Shown: piece by piece, positions 1 to 14,538 of the stretch | Position numbering within the stretch: position 1 is the first letter of the stretch | How the letters are laid out: each line of letters starts with the position of its first letter | Assembly (NCBI RefSeq): GCF_964355755.1 | Contig: NC_092671.1 | Span: forward strand, 2,728,001 to 2,792,000 | Length of the DNA stretch: 64,000 nucleotides | Direction: 5' to 3' | Origin: Antedon mediterranea | Lineage: Eukaryota; Animalia; Echinodermata | Notes under the pieces: model-generated | What the model was told of the DNA's origin: nothing | Databases searched by the model: none | The model's input: only the letters and a program-made list of their open reading frames with translations | Translations under genes and position numbers: made by a program

Positions 1-2722
1 ATTAAAAATTAAAAAGGTACACTTCTTGCTTGAATGAATGCAATGTTCTTAAATTTAAATGATGGTGTTGATTGTCGAATATATTATCATGCTCATCACG
101 CTTTGTACAACAATTCATTTAATCATTGATTAAAAACAGCAATGCTGATACACAGTAGCTATTCAAAAAAATGTCAGTGAACAAGAAATAAATTACTTGC
201 TTGAAAATATAGGCCTAATTAATATGACACGATCTAGTTAATCGTTGAAGATAATACTGTGCGTACTACAACATGATATTATTTTAGGAGCATTGAATGA
301 TTTGCAATCAACTTTAAAATTGATTGTTATTAATGATAAATGACAACCAAATGTTAAAAGTATTGAAGGCCATCACATATTTTGTACACTACAGTATTGA
401 GGGAGTGTGACTGAGTAGAACGAGTTATGAGTTTACAGCATTGGCACTAGGCTAGGTCGGGATTGAACCCTGGACATTGGATTTTGAAGGCAAGCATGTC
501 GTGCAAGCTATAACTCTACTATTGATCAAGTTCTATTATTTTCATCATGTTGGAAAAATATAAAAAACAAGTTCTTCCTCGTTGATAAACCGAACACTGT
601 TTTATGCCATGACAACTTTCGTAAAGAGGAGTACACTACGTGAAATGTTGCATTGGTTGAGTTGCAGAATTTTTTTTCCAGTGGGAACTTACTGCACTAA
701 TTATATGACATAATCTTAACTCAGTTGTCATGGTGATATATCATATACTATTTCCTAGTAACATTGTTACTGTACATTCTAAAAATACTTAAATCTTAAA
801 CAAAGCCATGTGTATCACACTTTGAAGTTGCTATTATAGAGTTCCAATAACAATCCAAAAATACCTGGCAGATTATGCTATTACAATTTACATTAAGTAT
901 CCAGTTGAAATACCCCAGTTTCTACATTAATGTTAAATTAAGTCCTTTCCTTACTTTTGCTGATATAGATTTCTATTATACTGTAAATTGGATTTAATAT
1001 TAAATTTTATAGTAGACTGATTCTTAAATTATAAATACAGTTGTCAATTTCCATATTGTTAATGTTACTGTAGATGTCTTAATTCATATAGTTACTCAAA
1101 ATGGTGTTTAATTGCTTGTTGCAAACTCCCTTGAGTCTTGTTAAATGAAGTGTACTGAATAAATTACATAACAGATGCATACACTATAGTACCAAATACT
1201 CTTAAAGCATGTTGCTGTTCCGTTGGTGACAGCTGGCCATCTCCTCCGGTTGCGCCGGCTCGTCTTGTGTTATGATGTCTTGATTGCCAAAGTCAAGCTG
1301 AAGCCTGGTGTGGATTTTCCATTGCAGTAGTCGACACCTGAATGGATCGCCTGTTCTTGTTAAATGTACTGTGTAATCAAACACTGGTTTGTTGACGCTC
1401 AAAGCACAGACTGTTGCTTGGTGTTATTTAGTTTGTTAAACTTTTATGTCATACGGTACCGGTAGTTAAGTTAAATGCCACAGTACAATATGAATAGAAA
1501 ATTTGCCATTGTTAGAATTAATCAAACAAAAGTCTGTCTATATCTATTGTATTATTTTAAGCATTTTGCCATTTCAAAGAAACAGTACAGTACCTCCTTT
1601 ACCTAACTTATTTTAACCTCCTAATTTAAATACAGTTGTGTTGTATTTTATGATGGTCTGTACTTTCTGATTGCAATAAAAACATTTTTGGATTTTGGAC
1701 GTTCAGTTCTGTAAGTGCATGTTCTGTATTCTCTTAAAAAACATTGAAGAAAGAAGACAACCAATTGTTTGTGCTGTACCTGAGCAATAGAATTATCTAA
1801 AATCCTTCTTCGTTTCATAATCCATGGAAACCATCGGGGAAGGATCCAATTTTTCAAAATGATGATAGTACTGTACATCAAAAACCACTTCATACTGTAT
1901 GTAGTTTCATTTTAGCTGTCAAAAAAAAAGAGTGCTCAACCATAGAGCACAATCCCTGGAAATTAATTAGTACAATACAGTTGTTGGTATCTAATTTATA
2001 AAGCTTCATTTATTTCAGAAAATCTTCTTCATTTTTATACTGTAGTAATGTTGTGATGAAAATACTGTACACTGTACATTACATTACAAAAAAATATAAA
2101 TTAAAAAAATATTACAATAATTTACAATTATTATATACCATGTCTATAAATGAGAGTACAATACACCAAGCAGTATTTTGCAGTAAATTTAAAATCAGCA
2201 AAGTTTACAGCACACAGTACAAAGACTAAGTCTATTAAATTACTGTAAAGACGGTTTTCTTCCTAATCCTGAGGACAATTTATGTTAAGTAAGGGATTTT
2301 AAATTTAACATTCAGCATACTGTACAGTACCATTGACAATTATTAATATTTATTAATATTATGACATGATATTTATAGATGTATTAATCGTTGTTATTGG
2401 ATACCTGTATTTGACTATTGTACATACAGTGGCAACACTATTTGTCTGTTTATTTAATATGAAAGGACTGCATAATTTCAGTACTAAAGTCCATGATCTA
2501 TTTCTGGTTAATAAATAATGAAAGTACAAATTACAAATTATCTTGTTACTGTAGATCTTAAATTGAAACTGGCTACTTTTTAAATGTCATCTAGAACCAA
2601 ATCAAGTACTGTCATTTAAAGTTTATTTCATATTAATAATAAAGACAAGTTTGATATTAATTTTTTTTTTTTCAATTTGAACTTCCTGTGTATGTGGTAT
2701 ACTGTACAGTATGATTATATTA

Positions 2723-3247
2723 TACCCCTTTCACACCAAAAGCAAAACTCCGGACACCCCGGAGTTGACGCCCCGCTGTTTGGTGTGAAAGGTAAAATCA
2801 AGCAACTCCGGAGAGCGAACTGCGGGGACACCCCGGTGTTTTGGTGTGAAAGGTACCAACATCAAACTCCGGAGTGTTTCGGGTCAAAAGGTCATCCTCA
2901 CACGATCACTCATTGCTTTAGTTTTATTTCAAAACACTTTAAATGTTTGTACAAAATATATAGCAGGTTTAAAAAATAATAAGTAGTATCAATAAAACAT
3001 TATATTACTTCTGAGACTTTTGAAAGTAATTATTAAATTAAAAATATTGTTAATTAAAATTATTCTAATGATCGTCGCTATGTAAACAAACAAAAATAGA
3101 GGGCGACATTTACAATTTTATTTTATTAACCCCAGTGTTGCTAGGTTGGTGTGAAAGGGGTATCTCCGGAGTTTCTCGACGTTTTGAATGGTCATAAACC
3201 CCGGGGTGTCTCCGGAGACACTCCGGAGTTTTGGTGTGAAAGGGGTA
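2723..3247. mobile_element. PIF/Harbinger-type MITE
   Basis: TIR tacccctttcacaccaaaa / ttttggtgtgaaaggggta; TTA duplicated on both sides; internal ctccggag repeats. Confidence 0.85.
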
Positions 3248-3855
3248 TTATATTGTAGTTAAATGATTTTAATTCGAATTGAAAAAAAATTATACTATTA
3301 AGTTTTGGAGAATTAGATTAAATTCGACTGAAAGTTGGACATGAAAACAACACTATCCTGTTTGAAACTTTTAGACTTTGCTTCTCATACATTCTTTTCA
3401 ATCCAAAATTTTCAATGTAACTTTCAGTATAATTTAATCAAATTTTCCAATTATTCAATCCAATATTTAAACCAAATTTCAATCCAATTTCTAAATTTTC
3501 AACATAATTTCAAAATATTCAATCCAAATGTACTACAGTATATTGGGTAATCCAATTTTCAAACCAATAATTAATCCGATTATTACAGTATTATGGTGCA
3601 TGTTATTTGAGAACAAGTTCAATATACAATTGCATTACTCAAATAATTCATTTGACATTTTATGAGATTGAAGAAACTAATGACGATGAAGACAACATGT
3701 TTTGACATCAATAAACTGTTCTCTAAAACATAATAAACAACTTTAGAACTGATAAACTAAAACACTTTATAAATATAACTGTTCTGTAGACAACATAATA
3801 ATTTCCAACCTAAGTTATCACTCAGTACTGTACTTAGTTGTATTGTACATACTTA

Positions 3856-4057
3856 AGCGTGGTTTCCACTAGCGATGCAACATAACGCAACGTATTGACG
3901 CAAAGTGCTGTATTGCGTAATCACGAATGGGAACCGACGACGCAACAATGCTGCAAACATTGCAGGTTTGATTTTTATGCCGGCGGGAGAAAACACAATT
4001 ATTAGAAGGGCATTTGCGTAGGTTGCGTTACGTTGCATCACTAGTGGGAACGAAGCT
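3856..4057. mobile_element. PIF/Harbinger-type MITE (agcttggttcccact family)
   Basis: ~35-bp imperfect TIRs, TTA TSD; related copies at ~12539-12690 and ~30324-30499. Confidence 0.8.
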
Positions 4058-4186
4058 TTACAGTACAGTTGTTACTACAGTACTGTACATTACAGCAAAA
4101 AACTATTTCTGTATAATTACAATACAATGCTAATCTTTGGGCATAAACATAGTGGTAATTTATGTAAAATACAAAATTTATAATCA

Positions 4187-4289
4187 TAGTACAGTGCATT
4201 TTAATACTGTAAGTGTAGTACAGTGCATTTTAATACTGTAAGTGTAGTACAGTGCATTTTAGTACTGTAAGTGTAGTACAGTGCATTTT
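4187..4289. repeat. 29-bp tandem repeat, ~3.5 copies
   Basis: tagtacagtgcattttaatactgtaagtg repeated. Confidence 0.9.
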
Positions 4290-4978
4290 GTTGATATGGT
4301 ACAGTATCTGACCGTGGATAACCCCAACTTTTCTATATAGTTTTTCACAAAATAATGGTTGCATCAATTTACCATGACATAGGAGTTTTCTAATTAAATT
4401 TGGCTTTTTTAGGCTGTTGAAATATTTTTATTTAACATTACAGCTACTTTATTTTGTATCTTCAGTAAATTGAGATCCCACATGAATTATTGCGTAAGAA
4501 AGAATAGCATTAACCTAGGTTTTTTTCAATCATTTCCGTAAATTAAGTACAAATTTCGCAAATAGCCAGTCTTTAGTGAGCATAATGCACTTTACACTAC
4601 ACTATAATGCTTTTATGTCAATGCGATGTTAATGTTACGTCGTCGCATCATGTTAGTAATCATTAACAAGTTATTGAATGCGAGATGGATTAAGCGCCTC
4701 ATTGCCCGTACGAATTAGATTAACGTACCGTGTACATTACATGAACATTTTGTGGAAACTCAATACAAAATTTAAATAAGATGATATTAATTAATTATTA
4801 TTTAAAATTTTTTTTTATATTCCTACTGTATAGTACTACTGTACTGTATTAAAGATTTCTACTGTAATTTATAATTTTGTTTCATGTACTCTAGAAAAGG
4901 GTCCACTAAATAGTTTTCATGCCTTTACTATTTTCTGAGTTTGTTTTACAGATTAATAATATTTTTTTTTTGCTGTAG

Positions 4979-5084
4979 GACAACATACTCGGCCCATGGT
5001 GCTTGGTCCACTCCGCCCGGGATGGTTGATGAAGAGCGAAACCCGTCTCAAGCAAATTTAAGACAACAGAAATTAGAAAAACAG
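4979..5084 (+). CDS. TUB: Tubby-family protein, first coding exon visible (TTYSAHGAWSTPPGMVDEERNPSQANLRQQKLEKQ)
   Basis: tgtag acceptor, cag|gtttgt donor. LRQQKLEKQ matches the N-terminal Tubby/TULP helix. Starts in phase 2, so an upstream exon is expected (not found in the window). Confidence 0.85.
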
Positions 5085-7144
5085 GTTTGTTTTCAATGAG
5101 TTTACAAAATATTTACAAATTACAGTATGACAACTTTATGCCACAGTGCTGGTGAGATAGCATTCAGTTAATCTATTCAGCACCTCAACATTAATTTTCT
5201 GCATGGAATTAGCCACATCATACTCATAGCTTTTTTTTTATGTCGTATAATAATATGAGCGCTGAAGTTTGATTCAATTTGGTTCATGCTGGCAACGCAC
5301 TGTGCTACTATCGCCCCTGGGTGGTTAAATACACATCAATTAATAACATTAATTAGCAATTACATTTTTGAGGTAACAAAAACGTTTGGAAAGACTGAAA
5401 GTGCATTTTTGAGGTAAGGAATGTTAGGAAATACAGAGAGCAGATCAGGTGTAACAGTGTTGCTTGTCAAATAATATGCAGATCAGTCAAAACCACTTTA
5501 GACAATAAGAAATTAAAATATATTTCTTAATTGACAAAAGGCGATTCAACCAATTGTGTTATACTGTAAACTTGAATTTTAAAGCACTAAAACAAAGGTC
5601 CATTATGTACAGTAGATTGTTTATACGGTCAATGTTGTTACATTATTCTCTGAAATATTTAAAAAAAGCTCTGTCTACATTATCAAACTTTACAGTATGT
5701 GCCCATATATGATGTGATGTCATATCACTACCATATTTAAGCATATTACCACCATATTTGGGCACATCACACTTGTTTGAAAGTGTAGACAGAGCTTTAT
5801 AAAAAAATAATAAGGAAAAAGATGATCCTTGCTTAAATATATAATGATCTTCATGTTTCATCACAACAAACACTGACTATCGGCACAGTCAACCAATACT
5901 ACAGTAACTTACAAGCATGGTCTACCATGACTTTACATTGCACGCACAATTGACTATGCCGCTAGCCTCATCAACCTGAAGTGCCTGCTCTCGTACACCA
6001 ATGCAAAAAAGGGCATTTCTATGAAGAAAGATCTCCAGACATTGTCTAGTTGTCATAAATTGACGGTGCTCACTTTGATGATGGTCGGTGCACGTCATAT
6101 TGAAACTGTTAAAATCTTAATTTTAGACTTTGATGTCCCACTGAGCAAATGTTATCTTCACTGCTGTTTGCATTTCATTAAAAGCAGGACTTTCTGCTGT
6201 CAATGATCTATCATGTGCAACTGCTTCGAGCGTGTTTCGTCAATTATTGCTAATTTAGATCACAACTACGAAACAAAAACCATCAGCCTTCAGGAGATGT
6301 AACTATGTTCAATTTGCGTCAGTAATCAACGCAATTACATGCTTGTTGACTTCAATTCAAGAGCTCCAAAATTATTAGTAATAGTATACATTTATGATTA
6401 ATTAAATATTAATACATGTACAGTACAGGTACATTTTTGATAAATATTTAGACAAACTGATAAAAATATTGCTGGCTATGAATCAGGTAATGTACTGATG
6501 TGAGAGTCAAATATACAGTATGCATTCACTGCCTTTTTAAAGCCCAGCCTGTGAGGAACATTAATGTACCTCTTTACTGTACTCTGTCTACACTATCAAA
6601 CTAGTTTGACAAAAAAAGTGTGATATGCCCAAATATGGTAGTGATATGATGTCTTCAAGTCAATATGTGGGCACATCACATTTAATTTATTGTGTCACAA
6701 AGTTTGATAGCTTTTGTCCTCTCTTTCCCAATTTGACCTAATTTTTTTCTTATTAAAGTAAATTTACTCAACTGTAAATTCCGGAGTCATTACATTAATT
6801 ATGGAAACCAACAAATTAGAAATTTCTGCAATGCTTCCATTCTTTATTGTGATATCCAGCTTTCTATGCTACCTTTGTCCGTAACATCATACAAGAATTT
6901 ACTTTCTGCTGGCAACATACAGAGATAGGCTAATCATTCATTACCAACTCGTCAACTGCTCTTCAATCTCGCTTTATTCTATCCTCATTATTAATGACTT
7001 CAATTATTCTCATCAAATCAGTAGAGAGTTTCTCTCAAAGCTTGAATAAAATTATTTGAAACTTTATTCACAAATCTTGGATTGAATTTCAATAACTACT
7101 GTATAATATCAATATGAAATTACAGTATTGTAATGGAGATGTAC

Positions 7145-7270
7145 AGTAGCTTGGTGGTTAGCAAAATGCTTGCCATCCAATCCCAAGGTCCATGGTTCAA
7201 TCCTCACCTACTATAGTTCCAGGGTCGTAACTATTTCAACCCCACTTCTCGGGCCTCAAATGAGGCATAA
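7145..7270 (+). mobile_element. Decayed tRNA-derived SINE head
   Basis: A-box-like tggtggttag and B-box ggttcaatcc with atgcttgcc between; similar remnants at ~452-511 (-) and ~31560-31625 (+). Confidence 0.5.
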
Positions 7271-7657
7271 CCAGGCATGCAGTAAGTATAGTATTTAAAA
7301 AACCTAAAATGTTGCAAAGTGAAAATGAAAACCCCTTTATTTTCAGTTAAAATAAATATTACTGTGAGTGTGATGACATCAATAATCTCATCACAGACAT
7401 TGCTTACTGTAGGTGTATTATGCTTTCGTACTTAAAGTGGTTCTTTCGGTTTTTAATACTTATTAATAATAATATTTTAATACTATTATACAGTAGTACT
7501 GTATTTATGTATAAAACATTCAGAAACCATGTTCCAATGGCCCAACACCAAGAGAACCTCTTGGAAGTAGTTCTGTACAGTCAAATTTGTATATTAGTAG
7601 TTTAAATAGTTATTGACATATCTGCAATAATTTTGCCTTTATAATAACTACAATTGG

Positions 7658-8462
7658 TTCACAATAAGTACAGTACTGTATATTATTTTTTCACAATAAG
7701 TACAGTACTGTATATCATTTTTTCACAATAAGTACAGTACTGTATATCATTTGTTCACAATAAGTACAGTACTGTATATCATTTGTTCACAATAAGTACA
7801 GTACTGTATATCATTTTTTCACAATAAGTACAGTACTGTATATCATTTTTTCACAATAAGTACAGTACTGTATATCATTTTTTCACAATAAGTACAGTAC
7901 TGTATATCATTTTTTCACAATAAGTACAGTACTGTATATCAATTTTTCACAATAAGTACAGTACTGTATATCATTTTTTCACAATAAGTACAGTACTGTA
8001 CTGTATATCATTTGTTCACAATAAGTACAGTACTGTATATCATTTGTTCACAATAAGTACAGTACTGTATATCATTTGTTCACAATAAGTACAGTACTGT
8101 ATATCATTTGTTCACAATAAGTACAGTACTGTATATCATTTGTTCACAATAAGTACAGTACTATATATCATTTGTTCACAATAAGTACAGTACTGTATAT
8201 CATTTGTTCACAATAAGTACAGTACTGTATATCATTTGTTCACAATAAGTACAGTACTGTATATCATTTGTTCACAATAAGTACAGTACTGTATATCATT
8301 TGTTCACAATAAGTACAGTACTGTATATCATTTGTTCACAATAAGTACAGTACTGTATATCATTTGTTCACAATAAGTACAGTACTGTATATCATTTGTT
8401 CACAATAAGTACAGTACTGTATATCATTTTTTCACAATAAGTACAGTACTGTATATCATTTT
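7658..8462. repeat. 32-bp minisatellite, ~25 copies (ttcacaataagtacagtactgtatatcatttg)
   Basis: Direct reading; unit contains the palindrome tacagtactgta. Confidence 0.97.
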
Positions 8463-11400
8463 TTCTTTTTCAAACATGGACAATTAATAGTGTATACAAA
8501 TTGACAAAATTAATTGATTTTTTTTCCCATTTCTTTACAATTTTGTTTATGATTCGTAAAAAAACGTTGTTGTTTTGCATTAGTTGTTTTAGTATATCCT
8601 CCTGGATAAAATGCATTATTGTAGCATTAAGGTTTTATCAACAGGGATTTACAGTATTATACTTTGTTCTATTGGGACTCGGAGATAGTCAGCATTTATT
8701 TTGAACTACAATACTGTAGCATCCTGTGACATTTCAAAGCTTAGCTAGTTTAGGGTTTGCAGTGATGGATCGGGATGCAGATTACAGAAGAGGAAAAATT
8801 ATACTAAGATGGAAAAAAGCTTCTTGGAGATGGTGTTTAACTTATGCTATACAGTAGACTGATTGGCTGGAAGAACTTTAATAAGCAAGTCACCCACTAT
8901 CATTTAAAAACTAATGACAAAAAAGGTGTCATTGTTTTAAAGTAATGTCCAATCTTATCAGTATTTCCATCATTTCATAACATCAACACAGTCATAAGAA
9001 ACGCAGTCAATTTCAGGTGGCCAACTTTACTACTGTACTGCAACCTGTGCCAAAAATGTACAGTACAGTAGTGACTGAGTACAGTAGTATGAGTTTATTT
9101 TGTTCCTAACTTAACCCATACTGGGCTTATTCTTGAGTCTAGAGGTAATTTAATCACCCTTGATTAATTAACTGATTATTTCTTGGTCAACAGACCTCGA
9201 GGAAAACGTGTTTCACCCAGATGTTAATAACTTTTGCTTACTAGTGCGAATAGCCCGGGTGAAACGTAATACCCGCGTTAAAGGTGGTGCGTCAATACAC
9301 AACAACAAGTATGATATGGTACTGTTATAAATTACTAGATTAATGATAAAATATATTTGGATTGACAATCTAGTCCCATGGTACTTTATTATTTAATTAT
9401 TCTGTTCAGTTTCGTTGATTTAAATGGTTTGTTTGTCGCTTTCGTTTTGAGTGATATTAATATTCGTTAGTTCCTTTAATTTCATCCATATTGATGCAGA
9501 TGTTTGAATAATATACATTATCAATACGAAATATATTAAGTTGTCCGATCGTGTTTAGCCTGATTTCACTTTTGGAAAATTTAAATTGCGTCGCTGAGGA
9601 CTGCATTGTTAAGTGCATGTACGAGGAAAGAATTCAGGCTGTTGATCCTGAGCAGCAGTTAATGCATACATTTGTCGTAATGAATGCTAATGTATGATCA
9701 TTGCTTGTCAACACTTTGCGTGATCAGCTTATACTTGCAGTAAATTCAACAATATGGGACGTTTTTTGGTACGTTATTTTTCTTTTTGATTTTTCTTTTA
9801 CAGCGAACATTCTAGATTATTCAGTTTGTGAGTGAGTAACATGACCTGTGATAAATCAAAGCACGTCCAATCAACTTCAATACTTCCTATCGTTGTAGTA
9901 AAGATTTTATGAACTGCCGTCGGGTAACGACGACACTGACATGCATAGATTTCTGACAAGAGATTTGGTGTACAAAGAAATGCAAATTGTAAAAAGTTAC
10001 TTACAGTACATTAGGCCTACTAATGATGTAGATAGAAAAACAAGTTTTGATATAAAAATCAATATTACTCTCTCTTATATCCTTTTCAAATCTTTGTAAA
10101 TTATTGCAAGTTGTTACATTTTGCAGATGTCCCCCTGTAGTGTAAAGAGGATGGTAAATACTGTGTCATGTCAAAATATAGACGATAGCCCACGACAATA
10201 AATGGATAAATTAACATTTTTTTCTACGGAAGGCAAAAGAATTTAGTAAAGTTTTCATCCTAGATACAGTAGAAGGATATATTACTGTCTTAAATGCAAA
10301 TAATATTTTCGTGCAATTTAAGTGCGATCAAATGATGTCATACTGTAATTAATAAGAACAATAATATTGTTGTAACGTACGTAACAATGTTTTTGTTCTT
10401 GTGTTGACTGTGTAAATATCATACTTAAACTCTGTTTTAGTGAATCTGCAGAAAAGTATAAATACTGTATGTTTTAAAGATGTACTGTGTTTTCTAATAA
10501 AAAATGGACAAAATTTAAAAAAACTTTTTTTTTAAAGGCAAAAATAATCATTATGTTTAAAAAACCTGTTGTCTTTAGACAATGAATCTGTGGTTGAATA
10601 TTCTTTAAAATACATTTTTCAGGTAAATAAAATGTTTGGTTCATTCAATTTTTGAGAGCAAAATGACTTGATCAACAAAAAAATGTTTTTAATTATTTTT
10701 TCAGGACAATATTATTTTTGAGATAATGTTGAATGATATTTTAAATGATCTAAAATTTAATAGTCAATATTATCTAATTATAGTATTATATTTCATATTA
10801 TTGACAAAAAAAAGTTGATATCTAGAAAATTCACACAAAAGCAGTTAGCATTCATTATGCAGTTTAAGAGAGTGTGATGTTCACACTTACTGACAACAGA
10901 TTCCTAGTTATTACCGAATGCGCCAATAAAGATTAATGTAGTTATTAGCAAGACACCGCTGTTATTGACAGGCTCCTTTCACATGAGCCATTAATTCTAT
11001 GTCTTCTTATTGGAGTAGTTTAGCACTGCAAAATGAATATCTTTACCAGGATCTGAATGTACGGTATTATAATTAGAAGAACTAATATACTCGATATTCC
11101 CTTCCTTCAATACAGTAGAAGATGTCATGCAAATGACAAAAAAAAGTAGCGGAAACAACCTATTGTATTATAGTTGAATATTTTATTGTATCAATTAAAT
11201 GTCAAAATAAATTTATTTCTCAAGGAATTAACTTATTTAACAATAGTATCAAGCAAAAGGCTTTTTATTTCGCTGGACCAGAACATAATTTAAAATTCAA
11301 CCATTTATTGACAATAAAGAGATAGTTAACGCTACATAGATTATCAAGCTAAAGAATTATTTGTCGATCATTTGTACTGTTATAGTTATTTAAAAATTCA

Positions 11401-11628
11401 AAGACAATATTTAATATTTAACAGTATTTTGTGAGTTTATTTATTTTTTTCTAATGAGAAACTAGACATCATTAGACATGATTTTAACACTTTGTTATAC
11501 ACTTTGTTGTACAGTATAGTCAACATCTACTTTGATGTTCTATTCATTTAAACTTCTAAAAATAATTGCGATTTGTTGCAAGGATGAAATACTGTAAGAA
11601 GAAGAAGAGGAGGTTTGACAGTTCTTAA

Positions 11629-11682
11629 ATGAGATTTGAGTTTGATGAAGACTACTTTGGACACCTGCCTACCGACTCAGGT
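11629..11682 (+). CDS. Candidate alternative first coding exon of the Tubby gene (MRFEFDEDYFGHLPTDSG)
   Basis: ATG plus 18 codons ending at a gtgagt donor in phase 0, compatible with the acceptor at 14370. No homology support. Confidence 0.4.
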
Positions 11683-14039
11683 GTGAGTTTTACAGAAGAT
11701 AAGATATTCATGACCTGTCCTGTATCATTTTCTAAACAGTCACTGATACAGTTTCAAATATTTAAGATAATGACCGGTGGTAATCGAGCAATAGCCGGTC
11801 ATGATAGTGATTCTGACTGCAGTGTACAAGATAATTTAGGCTTGAAAGTGAAACATCACCAAATTTAGATACAGAAAACAATGTAAAAGTTGGGTGTGGC
11901 ATACTACATGTTTAGAATAAAGTTTTAAACATTTGTCACCCCACTGGTTTAGTGTAAAGCTCTGTCTACACTATCAAACAAGTGTGCTGTGCCAAAATAA
12001 TAGTAGTGATATGATGACATCGTGTCCATTACTGTAAAATAATTTTTAAGTATCAGGAAACCAAATTTCATGTTTGTCTACTGTATATTGTGTTCATGAT
12101 TTCATTAATTTCATAGATTTTATCATAGAGATATTATGTTCACTGTAATATCTATGGTTTTATCGCTATCAATTATCATTATATTCTATGTATCTGTATG
12201 ATGCAAGTGAAATAAATTAAAATGGGGGTTTTTTTTCGATTCTGTTATTTGATAAAGAATGCCTCATAAAATGTACTGTACAGGTACCACTGTACAAATG
12301 ATAACAGCAATGAAGTGTTTGTTTCTTTTCCAACTTCTTTTAAATAAATATGTTCTCAATACCTGTATGTCTGTAAATAATCATGCCTTGCTGGCACATT
12401 ATTTATTTAATAACCACCCACACTTCAATCAACCTAATAACCAATGTGATTAACAGATTATTTATGACTTATGACCAAACAGTAAGACAAAAATGAAAAA
12501 CAAAATTATTTTCAGGAAAATAATTTGACCTTCTGTAAAGCTTGGTTCCCACACTCCACGCAATGATGTAAGCACATTGCAAGTTATTTGACCAATCATA
12601 GTGCACGATCATACAAACTGTGATTGGTCAACTCACTTGCGTTGTGCATACACTATTACAGTATGTTACGTCAAAGTGTGAACTAATCTTTAAGCTTTGT
12701 CTACACTATCAAACTGGTTTGACCAAAATAGTGTGATGTGCCCAAATAAGGTAGTGATATGCCCAAATAGATAGTAATATGACATCATAATGTCCATACA
12801 GTATATGGGCACATCACATTTTGTTGTCACATACCGTAAAGTTTGATAATATAGACAGAGCTTTACATTCAGTTTCTAAACAATTTTGTAACATTAATAA
12901 CAAACATCTCAAAATTTAATGATGTTTTTCCCCCCTCAAAATAGTGATCATGTTTGAAGTTATGATTGATCCATATTTATTGAACTTACTATTTAAAGTA
13001 CGGTAGATTATTGATACCAAACATTCTATTTAAATGATTTTTGCTAAAGATAGTTTTGAGTTTAGATTGGATTGAAGAGACTAACTTCAACGGAAATTAT
13101 AAAGATCTTATAAATATACAGAAGTCATACTGTACTGTATATCTGTAACTCCAAAAGAATCATTCGCATCAAACACTTCGGATGCTGCCCTACAGATTTC
13201 TCGTCCATCCATGCATCAATCTATCTCTGAACGGAATATTATGTTGTGTAGTTCTATTATTTCATTGCTCAATTAATTTCAGAAAATAAAAAATGTTATA
13301 TCTGGTTGTTTTGTCATTACAGTGTATTTGGTTCTTCACAAAATATTGTAAATTGTGAATTAGAAATGACCTATTTATTCTTTTCATCTCCACCCTGTTT
13401 AGCTTTAACTATCGGTTTGGAAAATCTAGTTTTGCGAAGGAACAATCTCTTGTGAACTACTTTTTTATCAGTGTGTCGCAAACAGTTATTTCAATTCCGA
13501 TGAGTTTAAAATAAAATGCAAAATTAATAGAGATGTTTAAAAAAAATCTTTAGGTTGTATGTTATTGTTAATGTCATCGCTTTAAACATTCAGCATATGC
13601 AAATTAAGTAAACAGTGTCACTTTTATCTTCAGATGACCAGTAAAGGACAAAAACACATTTTGTAAATTGAATTTATAAGGCAGAATGGCTGTACTAATT
13701 TGATTTTCAAATTGAAATAGCTTTCACAGCCAATTTCCATTTTAATTAAAATTATTCATTTTTTGAAGAAATAATTTTTATTAAAAAATGTTTCATGCCA
13801 TTTTACTTTGGAATAGACTTCCAAAGAACTTGAAGGATATTACCTCTCATGTTCCCTTCAAGGTAAAGAAATATCTTGCATCAAAAATTACAATTTAGTA
13901 CCAATAGTCAATATTTAATTTAATCTTAATTGTAAAATAAAAATCTAATTACATTGTCAATAATAATTAATTGAATATAAACTGTACATATTTAAAATAT
14001 TTTTCTATGAAATGTCGTTTATAAACAAAACCTAATTTA

Positions 14040-14316
14040 CAAATTTATATTTTCTCTAAAACCTTTTACTTATAAAATATCTGTATACCGGTAATATCTA
14101 AATTATAATTATCATACTTTATATTTGAATTTTTACGTAAATATAATTTGTTTTTATGTTGAGGACCCCTTCAGAAACAAGCTCTTGAGCTTAAAGGGTT
14201 ATCCTCTGCTATTTCATATACTGTAACTTATTTTTCTTGTATTATTGTTGTACAAATTGTTTGATCTGTCTTTTTTTTTATATGAATGGCAATAAATATT
14301 ACAATTACAATTACAA
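14040..14316 (+). mobile_element. Probable LINE 3' UTR remnant
   Basis: Stem-loop gaggacccctt...aagggttatcctc, then aataaa and (TTACAA)3 tail. Confidence 0.5.
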
Positions 14317-14369
14317 CTGTTATGTTATCTTTGAACAATAAAATAAATTATCTTTTTTTTTCATTCTAG

Positions 14370-14538
14370 CGAGCGCTCCTTATGGAGAAGCAGCGACAGA
14401 AAAACAGTACACCCATGATGATGAAACCAAATGAAGAGAGAACTGGTTCTGCTGGCAAAACAAAAAGAAGGCTGCCAGAGGAAACCAGACCTTTGGTTTC
14501 TCCAACCAGAAGCTCATCAGCCAGTGACAGTTTACATG
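14370..14538 (+). CDS. TUB: Tubby exon (RALLMEKQRQKNSTPMMMKPN...SDSLH)
   Basis: ttctag acceptor, g|gtacag donor. RALL.EKQ continues the Tubby N-terminal helix in frame. Confidence 0.9.

Noticed and set aside
1271-1302. C/D box snoRNA (atgatg...ctga)
   Set aside because: Imperfect C box, too short, and no recognisable guide or terminal stem.
7145-7215. tRNA gene
   Set aside because: A/B boxes are present but no complete cloverleaf; several decayed relatives point to a SINE.
7658-8462. CRISPR-like array (32-bp repeats)
   Set aside because: No spacers; a simple head-to-tail minisatellite.
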